Below are positions 54,490 through 64,000 of a stretch of DNA of 64,000 bases, in pieces (positions within the stretch are counted from its first letter, which is position 1; each line of letters begins with the position of its first letter). The stretch comes from Eledone cirrhosa (lineage: Eukaryota). The notes beneath the pieces are model-generated. The model was not told where the DNA came from. It made no database searches and worked only from the letters and a program-made list of their open reading frames with translations. The stretch is taken from NCBI GenBank assembly GCA_964016885.1, contig OZ024746.1, forward strand, positions 52,576,001 through 52,640,000, in the 5' to 3' direction. The translations under genes were made by a program, and so were the position numbers.

Positions 54490-57400
54490 ATTGTAGTTAG
54501 TGGTTTCTGTGATGGTAGTGTTGTTGTTGTTATTGTAGTTAGTGGTTGCTGAGATGGTAGTGTTGTTGTTGTTGTTATTGTAGTTAGAGGTTGCTGTGAT
54601 GGTAGTGTTGTTGTTGTTGTTATTGTAGTTAGTGGTTTCTGTGATGGTAGTGTTGTTGTTGTTGTTATTGTAGTTAGTGGTTGCTGAGATAATAGTGTTG
54701 TTGTTGTTGTTATTGTAGTTAGTGGTTGCTGAGATGATAGTGTTGTTGTTGTTGTTATTGTAGTTAGTGGTTGCTGAGATGGTAGTGTTGTTGTTGTTGT
54801 TATTGTAGTTAGTGGTTTTTGTGATGGTAGTGTTATTGTTGTTGTTATTGTAGTTAGTGATTGCTGTGATGGTAGTGTTGTTGTTGTTATTGTAGTTAGT
54901 GGTTGCTGAGATGGTAGTGTTGTTGTTGTTGTTATTGTAGTTAGTGGTTTTTGTGATGGTAGTGTTGTTGTTGTTGTTATTGTAGTTAGAGGTTGCTGTG
55001 ATGGTAGTGTTGTTGTTGTTGTTATTGTAGTTAGTGGTTGCTGAGATAATAGTGTTGTTGTTGTTGTTATTGTAGTTAGTGGTTGCTGAGATGGTAGTGT
55101 TGTTGTTGTTATTGTAGTTAGTGGTTGCTGAGATGGTAGTGTTGTTGTTGTTGTTATTGTAGTTAGTGGTTTCTGTGATGGTAGTGTTGTTGTTGTTGTT
55201 GTTATTGTAGTTAGTGGTTGCTGAGATAATAGTGTTGTTGTTGTTGTTATTGTAGTTAGTGGTTGCTGAGATGGTAGTGTTGTTGTTGTTGTTATTGTAG
55301 TTAGTGGTTTCTGTGATGGTAGTGTTGTTGTTGTTGTTATTGTAGTTAGTGGTTGCTGAGATAATAGTGTTGTTGTTGTTGTTATTGTAGTTAGTGGTTG
55401 CTGAGATGGTAGTGTTGTTGTTGTTGTTATTGTAGTTAGTGGTTGTTGAGATGGTAGTGTTGTTGTTGTTGTTATTGTAGTTAGTGGTTTCTGTGATGGT
55501 AGTGTTGTTGTTGTTGTTATTGTAGTTAGTGGTTGCTGTGATGGTAGTGTTGTTGTTGTTATTGTAGTTAGTGGTTGCTGAGATGGTAGTGTTGTTGTTG
55601 TTGTTATTGTAGTTAGTGGTTGCTGAGATGGTAGTGTTGTTGTTGCTGTTATTGTAGTTAGTGGTTTCTGTGATGGTAGTATTGTTGTTGTTGTTATTGT
55701 AGTTAGTGGTTGCTGTGATGGTAGTGTTGTTGTTGTTATTCTTGTTAGTGGTTGCTGTGATGGTAGTGTTGTTGTTGTTGTTATTGTAGTTAGTGGTTTC
55801 TGTGATGGTAGTGTTGTTGTTGTTATTGTAGTTAGTGGTTGCTGAGATGGTAGTGTTGTTGTTGTTATTGTAGCTAGTGGTTGCTGTGATGGTAGTGTTG
55901 TTGTTGTTATTGTAGTTAGTGGTTGCTATGATGGTAGTGATGTTGTTGTTATTGTAGCTAGTGGTTGCTGTGTTGGTAGTGTTGTTGTTGTTATTGTAGT
56001 TAGTGGTTGCTATGCTGGTAGTGTTGTTGTTGTTATTGTAGCTAGTGGTTTCTGTGATGGTAGTGTTTTTGTTGTTATTGTAGTTAGTGGTTGCTATGAT
56101 GGTAGTGTTGTTGTTGTTATTGTAGTAAGAGGTTGCTATGATGGTAGTGTTGTTGTTGTTATTGTAGTTAGTGGTTGCTATGATGTTAGTGTTGTTGTTG
56201 TTATTGTAGCTAGTGGTTGCTGAGATGGTAGTGTTGTTGTTATTGTTGTTAGTGGTTGCTGAGATGGTAGTGTTGTTTTTGTTGTTATTGTAGTTAGTGG
56301 TTGCTGAGATGATAGTGTTGTTGTTGTTGTTATTGTAGTTAGTGGTTGCTGAGATGGTAGTGTTGTTGTTGTTGTTATTGTAGTTAGTGGTTTTTGTGAT
56401 GGTAGTGTTGTTGTTGTTGTTATTGTAGTTAGTGATTGCTGTGATGGTAGTGTTGTTGTTGTTATTGTAGTTAGTGGTTGCTGAGATGGTAGTGTTGTTG
56501 TTGTTGTTATTGTAGTTAGTGGTTTTTGTGATGGTAGTGTTGTTGTTGTTGTTATTGTAGTTAGAGGTTGCTGTGATGGTAGTGTTGTTGTTGTTGTTAT
56601 TGTAGTTAGTGGTTGCTGAGATAATAGTGTTGTTGTTGTTGTTATTGTAGTTAGTGGTTGCTGAGATGGTAGTGTTGTTGTTGTTGTTATTGTAGTTAGT
56701 GGTTGTTGAGATGGTAGTGTTGTTGTTGTTATTGTAGTTAGTGGTTTCTGTGATGGTAGTGTTGTTGTTGTTGTTATTGTAGTTAGTGGTTGCTGTGATG
56801 GTCGTGTTGTTGTTGTTATTGTAGTTAGTGGTTGCTGAGATGGTAGTGTTGTTGTTGTTGTTATTGTAGTTAGTGGTTGCTGAGATGGTAGTGTTGTTGT
56901 TGCTGTTATTGTAGTTAGTGGTTTCTGTGATGGTAGTGTTGTTGTTATTGTTATTGTAGTTAGTGGTTGCTGTGATGGTAGTGTTGTTGTTGTTATTCTA
57001 GTTAGTGGTTGCTGTGATGGTAGTGTTGTTGTTGTTGTTATTGTAGTTAGTGGTTTCTGTGATGGTAGTGTTGTTGTTGTTATTGTAGTTAGTGGTTGCT
57101 GAGATGGTAGTGTTGTTGTTGTTATTGTAGCTAGTGGTTGCTGTGATGGTAGTGTTGTTGTTGTTATTGTAGTTAGTGGTTGCTATGATGGTAGTGATGT
57201 TGTTGTTATTGTAGCTAGTGGTTGCTGTGTTGGTAGTGTTGTTGTTGTTATTGTAGTTAGTGGTTGCTATGCTGGTAGTGTTGTTGTTGTTATTGTAGCT
57301 AGTGGTTGCTGTGATGGTAGTGTTTTTGTTGTTATTGTAGTTAGTGGTTGCTATGATGGTAGTGTTGTTGTTGTTATTGTAGTAAGAGGTTGCTATGATG

Positions 57401-60400
57401 GTAGTGTTGTTGTTGTTATTGTAGTTTGTGGTTGCTATGATGGTAGTGTTGTTGTTGTTATTGTAGCTAGTGGTTGCTGAGATGGTAGTGTTGTTGTTAT
57501 TGTTGTTAGTGGTTGCTGAGATGGTAGTGTTGTTGTTGTTGTTATTGTAGTTAGTGGTTGCTGTGATGGTAGTGTTGTTGTTGTTATTGTAGTTAGAGGT
57601 TGCTGAGATGGTAGTGTTGTTGTTGTTATTGTAGTTAGTGGTTGCTGTGATGGTAGTGTTGTTGTTGTTATTGTAGTTAGTGTTTGCTGAGATGGTAGTG
57701 TTGTTGTTGTTTTTATTGTAGTTAGTGTTTGCTGAGATGGTAGTGTTGTTGTTGTTGTTATTGTAGTTAGTGGTTGCTGAGATGGTAGTGTTGTCGTTGT
57801 TGTTATTGTAGTTAGTGGTTTCTGTGATGATAGTGTTGTTGTTGTTGTTATTGTAGTTAGTGGTTTCTGTGATGGTAGTGTTGTTGTTGTTGTTATTGTA
57901 GTTAGTGGTTTCTGTGATGGTAGTGTTGTTGTTGTTATTCTAGTTAGTGGTTGCTGTGATGGTAGTGTTGTCGTTGTTGTTATTGTAGTTAGTGGTTTCT
58001 GTGATGATAGTGTTGTTGTTGTTGTTATTGTAGTTAAAGGTTGCTGTGATGGTAGTGTTGTTGTTGTTATTCTAGTTAGTGGTTGCTGTGATGGTAGTGT
58101 TGTTGTTGTTGTTATTGTAGTTAGTGGTTTCTGTGATGGTAGTGTTGTTTTTGTTATTGTAGTTAGTGGTTGCTGAGATGGTAGTGTTGTTGTTGTTGTT
58201 ATTGTAGTTAGTGGTTGCTGAGATGGTAGTGTTGTTGTTGTTGTTATTGTAGTTAGAGGTTGCTGAGATGGTAGTGTTGTTGTTGTTGTTATTGTAGTTA
58301 GTGGTTGCTGAGATGGTAGTGTTGTTGTTGTTGTTATTGTTGTTAGAGGTTGCTGAGATGGTAGTGTTGTTGTTGTTATTCTAGTTAGTGGTTGCTGTGA
58401 TGGTAGTGTTGTTGTTGTTGTTATTGTAGTTAGTGGTTTCTGTGATGGTAGTGTTGTTGTTGTTATTGTAGTTAGAGGTTGCTGAGATGGTAGTGTTGTT
58501 GTTGTTGTTATTGTAGTTAGTGGTTGCTGTGATGGTAGTGTTGTTGTTGTTATTGTAGTTAGAGGTTGCTGAGATGGTAGTGTTGTTGTTGTTGTTATTG
58601 TAGTTAGTGGTTGCTATGATGGTAGTGATGTTGTTGTTATTGTAGCTAGTGGTTGCTGTGTTGGTAGTGTTGTTGTTGTTATTGTAGTTAGAGGTTGCTG
58701 AGATGTTAGTGTTGTTGTTGTTATTGTAGTTAGAGGTTGCTGTGATGGTAGTGTTGTTGTTGTTATTGTAGTTAGTGGTTGCTGAGATAATAGTGTTGTT
58801 GTTGTTGTTATTGTAGTTAGTGGTTGCTGAGATGATAGTGTTGTTGTTGTGTTATTGTAGTTAGTGTTTGCTGAGATGGTAGTGTTGTTGTTGTTGTTAT
58901 TGTAGTTAGTGGTTTCTGTGATGGTAGTGTTGTTGTTGTTGTTATTGTAGTTAGTGGTTTCTGTGATGGTAGTGTTGTTGTTGTTATTGTAGTTAGTGGT
59001 TGCTGAGATGGTAGTGTTGTTGTTGTTGTTATTGTAGTTAGTGGTTGCTGAGATGGTAGTGTTGTTGTTGTTGTTATTGTAGTTAGTGGTTGCTGAGATG
59101 GTAGTGTTGTCGTTGTTGTTATTGTAGTTAGTGGTTTCTGTGATGATAGTGTTGTTGTTGTTGTTATTGTAGTTAAAGGTTGCTGTGATGGTAGTGTTGT
59201 TGTTGTTATTCTAGTTAGTGGTTGTTGTGATGGTAGTGTTGTTGTTGTTGTTATTGTAGTTAGTGGTTTCTGTGATGATAGTGTTGTTGTTGTTGTTATT
59301 GTAGTTAAAGGTTGCTGTGATGGTAGTGTTGTTGTTGTTATTCTAGTTAGTGGTTGCTGTGATGGTAGTGTTGTTGTTGTTGTTATTGTAGTTAGTGGTT
59401 TCTGTGATGGTAGTGTTGTTTTTGTTATTGTAGTTAGTGGTTGCTGAGATGGTAGTGTTGTTGTTGTTGTTATTGTAGTTAGTGGTTGCTGAGATGGTAG
59501 TGTTGTTGTTGTTGTTATTGTAGTTAGAGGTTGCTGAGATGGTAGTGTTGTTGTTGTTGTTATTGTAGTTAGTGGTTGCTGAGATGGTAGTGTTGTTGTT
59601 GTTATTGTTGTTAGAGGTTGCTGAAATGGTAGTGTTGTTGTTGTTATTCTAGTTAGTGGTTTCTGTGATGGTAGTGTTGTTGTTGTTATTGTAGTTAGTG
59701 GTTGCTGAGATGGTAGTGTTGTTGTTGTTGTTATTGTAGTTAGAGGTTGCTGTGATGGTAGTGTTGTTGTTGTTGTTATTATAGTTAGTGGTTTCTGTGA
59801 TGGTAGTGTTGTTGTTGTTATTCTAGTTAGTGGTTGCTGTGATGGTAGTGTTGTTGTTATTATTGTAGTTAGAGCTTGCTGAGATGGTAGTGTTGTTGTT
59901 GTTATTGTAGTTAGTGGTTTCTGTGATGGTAGTGTTGTTGTTGTTATTGTAGTTAGTGGTTTCTGTGATGGTAGTGTTGTTGTTGTTATTGTAGTTAGTG
60001 GTTGCTGAGATGGTAGTGTTGTTGTTGTTGTTATTGTAGTTAGAGGTTGCTGTGATGGTAGTGTTGTTGTTGTTGTTATTGTAGTTAGTGGTTTCTGTGA
60101 TGGTAGTGTTGTTGTTGTTGTTATTGTAGTTAGTGGTTGCTGAGATAATAGTGTTGTTGTTGTTGTTATTGTAGTTAGTGGTTGCTGAGATGATAGTGTT
60201 GTTGTTGTTGTTATTGTAGTTAGTGGTTGCTGAGATGGTAGTGTTGTTGTTGTTGTTATTGTAGTTAGTGGTTTTTGTGATGGTAGTGTTATTGTTGTTG
60301 TTATTGTAGTTAGTGATTGCTGTGATGGTAGTGTTGTTGTTGTTATTGTAGTTAGTGGTTGCTGAGATGGTAGTGTTGTTGTTGTTGTTATTGTAGTTAG

Positions 60401-63400
60401 TGGTTTTTGTGATGGTAGTGTTGTTGTTGTTGTTATTGTAGTTAGAGGTTGCTGTGATGGTAGTGTTGTTGTTGTTGTTATTGTAGTTAGTGGTTGCTGA
60501 GATAATAGTGTTGTTGTTGTTGTTATTGTAGTTAGTGGTTGCTGAGATGGTAGTGTTGTTGTTGTTATTGTAGTTAGTGGTTGCTGAGATGGTAGTGTTG
60601 TTGTTGTTGTTATTGTAGTTAGTGGTTTCTGTGATGGTAGTGTTGTTGTTGTTGTTGTTATTGTAGTTAGTGGTTGCTGAGATAATAGTGTTGTTGTTGT
60701 TGTTATTGTAGTTAGTGGTTGCTGAGATGGTAGTGTTGTTGTTGTTGTTATTGTAGTTAGTGGTTTCTGTGATGGTAGTGTTGTTGTTGTTGTTATTGTA
60801 GTTAGTGGTTGCTGAGATAATAGTGTTGTTGTTGTTGTTATTGTAGTTAGTGGTTGCTGAGATGGTAGTGTTGTTGTTGTTGTTATTGTAGTTAGTGGTT
60901 GTTGAGATGGTAGTGTTGTTGTTGTTGTTATTGTAGTTAGTGGTTTCTGTGATGGTAGTGTTGTTGTTGTTGTTATTGTAGTTAGTGGTTGCTGTGATGG
61001 TAGTGTTGTTGTTGTTATTGTAGTTAGTGGTTGCTGAGATGGTAGTGTTGTTGTTGTTGTTATTGTAGTTAGTGGTTGCTGAGATGGTAGTGTTGTTGTT
61101 GCTGTTATTGTAGTTAGTGGTTTCTGTGATGGTAGTATTGTTGTTGTTGTTATTGTAGTTAGTGGTTGCTGTGATGGTAGTGTTGTTGTTGTTATTCTTG
61201 TTAGTGGTTGCTGTGATGGTAGTGTTGTTGTTGTTGTTATTGTAGTTAGTGGTTTCTGTGATGGTAGTGTTGTTGTTGTTATTGTAGTTAGTGGTTGCTG
61301 AGATGGTAGTGTTGTTGTTGTTATTGTAGCTAGTGGTTGCTGTGATGGTAGTGTTGTTGTTGTTATTGTAGTTAGTGGTTGCTATGATGGTAGTGATGTT
61401 GTTGTTATTGTAGCTAGTGGTTGCTGTGTTGGTAGTGTTGTTGTTGTTATTGTAGTTAGTGGTTGCTATGCTGGTAGTGTTGTTGTTGTTATTGTAGCTA
61501 GTGGTTTCTGTGATGGTAGTGTTTTTGTTGTTATTGTAGTTAGTGGTTGCTATGATGGTAGTGTTGTTGTTGTTATTGTAGTAAGAGGTTGCTATGATGG
61601 TAGTGTTGTTGTTGTTATTGTAGTTAGTGGTTGCTATGATGTTAGTGTTGTTGTTGTTATTGTAGCTAGTGGTTGCTGAGATGGTAGTGTTGTTGTTATT
61701 GTTGTTAGTGGTTGCTGAGATGGTAGTGTTGTTTTTGTTGTTATTGTAGTTAGTGGTTGCTGAGATGATAGTGTTGTTGTTGTTGTTATTGTAGTTAGTG
61801 GTTGCTGAGATGGTAGTGTTGTTGTTGTTGTTATTGTAGTTAGTGGTTTTTGTGATGGTAGTGTTGTTGTTGTTGTTATTGTAGTTAGTGATTGCTGTGA
61901 TGGTAGTGTTGTTGTTGTTATTGTAGTTAGTGGTTGCTGAGATGGTAGTGTTGTTGTTGTTGTTATTGTAGTTAGTGGTTTTTGTGATGGTAGTGTTGTT
62001 GTTGTTGTTATTGTAGTTAGAGGTTGCTGTGATGGTAGTGTTGTTGTTGTTGTTATTGTAGTTAGTGGTTGCTGAGATAATAGTGTTGTTGTTGTTGTTA
62101 TTGTAGTTAGTGGTTGCTGAGATGGTAGTGTTGTTGTTGTTGTTATTGTAGTTAGTGGTTGTTGAGATGGTAGTGTTGTTGTTGTTATTGTAGTTAGTGG
62201 TTTCTGTGATGGTAGTGTTGTTGTTGTTGTTATTGTAGTTAGTGGTTGCTGTGATGGTCGTGTTGTTGTTGTTATTGTAGTTAGTGGTTGCTGAGATGGT
62301 AGTGTTGTTGTTGTTGTTATTGTAGTTAGTGGTTGCTGAGATGGTAGTGTTGTTGTTGCTGTTATTGTAGTTAGTGGTTTCTGTGATGGTAGTGTTGTTG
62401 TTATTGTTATTGTAGTTAGTGGTTGCTGTGATGGTAGTGTTGTTGTTGTTATTCTAGTTAGTGGTTGCTGTGATGGTAGTGTTGTTGTTGTTGTTATTGT
62501 AGTTAGTGGTTTCTGTGATGGTAGTGTTGTTGTTGTTATTGTAGTTAGTGGTTGCTGAGATGGTAGTGTTGTTGTTGTTATTGTAGCTAGTGGTTGCTGT
62601 GATGGTAGTGTTGTTGTTGTTATTGTAGTTAGTGGTTGCTATGATGGTAGTGATGTTGTTGTTATTGTAGCTAGTGGTTGCTGTGTTGGTAGTGTTGTTG
62701 TTGTTATTGTAGTTAGTGGTTGCTATGCTGGTAGTGTTGTTGTTGTTATTGTAGCTAGTGGTTGCTGTGATGGTAGTGTTTTTGTTGTTATTGTAGTTAG
62801 TGGTTGCTATGATGGTAGTGTTGTTGTTGTTATTGTAGTAAGAGGTTGCTATGATGGTAGTGTTGTTGTTGTTATTGTAGTTTGTGGTTGCTATGATGGT
62901 AGTGTTGTTGTTGTTATTGTAGCTAGTGGTTGCTGAGATGGTAGTGTTGTTGTTATTGTTGTTAGTGGTTGCTGAGATGGTAGTGTTGTTGTTGTTGTTA
63001 TTGTAGTTAGTGGTTGCTGTGATGGTAGTGTTGTTGTTGTTATTGTAGTTAGAGGTTGCTGAGATGGTAGTGTTGTTGTTGTTATTGTAGTTAGTGGTTG
63101 CTGTGATGGTAGTGTTGTTGTTGTTATTGTAGTTAGTGTTTGCTGAGATGGTAGTGTTGTTGTTGTTTTTATTGTAGTTAGTGTTTGCTGAGATGGTAGT
63201 GTTGTTGTTGTTGTTATTGTAGTTAGTGGTTGCTGAGATGGTAGTGTTGTCGTTGTTGTTATTGTAGTTAGTGGTTTCTGTGATGATAGTGTTGTTGTTG
63301 TTGTTATTGTAGTTAGTGGTTTCTGTGATGGTAGTGTTGTTGTTGTTGTTATTGTAGTTAGTGGTTTCTGTGATGGTAGTGTTGTTGTTGTTATTCTAGT

Positions 63401-64000
63401 TAGTGGTTGCTGTGATGGTAGTGTTGTCGTTGTTGTTATTGTAGTTAGTGGTTTCTGTGATGATAGTGTTGTTGTTGTTGTTATTGTAGTTAAAGGTTGC
63501 TGTGATGGTAGTGTTGTTGTTGTTATTCTAGTTAGTGGTTGCTGTGATGGTAGTGTTGTTGTTGTTGTTATTGTAGTTAGTGGTTTCTGTGATGGTAGTG
63601 TTGTTTTTGTTATTGTAGTTAGTGGTTGCTGAGATGGTAGTGTTGTTGTTGTTGTTATTGTAGTTAGTGGTTGCTGAGATGGTAGTGTTGTTGTTGTTGT
63701 TATTGTAGTTAGAGGTTGCTGAGATGGTAGTGTTGTTGTTGTTGTTATTGTAGTTAGTGGTTGCTGAGATGGTAGTGTTGTTGTTGTTGTTATTGTTGTT
63801 AGAGGTTGCTGAGATGGTAGTGTTGTTGTTGTTATTCTAGTTAGTGGTTGCTGTGATGGTAGTGTTGTTGTTGTTGTTATTGTAGTTAGTGGTTTCTGTG
63901 ATGGTAGTGTTGTTGTTGTTATTGTAGTTAGAGGTTGCTGAGATGGTAGTGTTGTTGTTGTTGTTATTGTAGTTAGTGGTTGCTGTGATGGTAGTGTTGT
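54490..64000. repeat. Duplicated block of at least 4 kb, offset 5,456 bp (about 54490-58544 vs 59946-64000)
   Basis: c of attcttgttag at 55741/61197; gtagtttgtgg at 57421/62877; ctatgctgg pairs. The second copy runs off the window end. Confidence 0.88.

Larger units (their letters stand above)
1..64000. repeat. Tandem satellite/minisatellite array, 42/45-bp unit, consensus ATTGTAGTTAGTGGTTGCTG(A/T)GATGGTAGT(GTT)4-5, about 1,450 copies, running off both window ends
   Basis: The unit is read directly, e.g. 2-43 attgtagttagtggttgctgtgatggtagtgttgttgttgtt, and repeats in one orientation across the window. Length varies almost entirely by GTT copy number. No non-repeat interruption was seen. Confidence 0.99.

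Noticed and set aside
1-64000. CRISPR array (regular period of about 40 bp)
   Set aside because: There are no unique spacers, no palindromic repeat, no leader and no cas genes. The units abut directly.
1-64000. Plus-strand frame IVVSGC(C/*)DGSVVVV with TGA alternating with TGT/TGC (UGA=Cys, Trp or Sec recoding)
   Set aside because: It is the antisense mirror of the same T/A polymorphism. The frame also has TAA in all 15 agctaag units and shifts at the indels. The product would be an implausible poly-Val, and no SECIS-like structure is evident.
1-64000. Other two plus frames and the minus QQQHYHHSNH frame
   Set aside because: Essentially every unit has a stop under the standard code.
1-64000. 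A single intact 21,000-aa ORF
   Set aside because: There are non-triplet indels at about 8722, 14295, 24000, 24099, 43564, 45782, 48348, 50305 and 58850, in-frame stops in every frame, and no minus-strand ATG was seen.
1-64000. Triplet-only length variation as proof of coding selection
   Set aside because: Slippage of the internal GTT tract yields 3-bp steps whether or not the sequence is translated.
1-64000. Hairpins, terminators, tRNA/rRNA, transposon ends
   Set aside because: The near absence of C and the single orientation preclude substantial inverted repeats. No non-repeat sequence is present.

Overview
The whole 64 kb window is one uninterrupted head-to-tail tandem array of roughly 1,450 copies (64,000 divided by about 44) of a 42/45-bp unit. 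The consensus is ATTGTAGTTAGTGGTTGCTG(A/T)GATGGTAGT(GTT)4-5. There is no unique sequence, recognisable gene, RNA gene, transposon or CRISPR spacer. The + strand is extremely G/T-biased (about 84% G+T, about one C per unit). Rare variant units act as barcodes. They reveal nested duplications (periods or offsets of 84, 132, 576, 681, 1758, 2218, 2428, 3840, 5233, 5456, 6345 and about 11,500 bp), a recurrent cassette with an expanded (GTT)10-16 tract (15 copies), two copies of a nearly C-free sub-array, and regional zonation of variants. The minus strand translates to a mucin-like repeat, TTTT(T)LPSQQPLTTI. In that frame two of the commonest polymorphisms are synonymous and every stop I saw is TAG/TAA replacing a Gln codon. 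However, I found nine non-triplet indels and no start codon, so coding status is unproven. The default reading is a eukaryotic-type satellite/minisatellite. All counts were made by eye.
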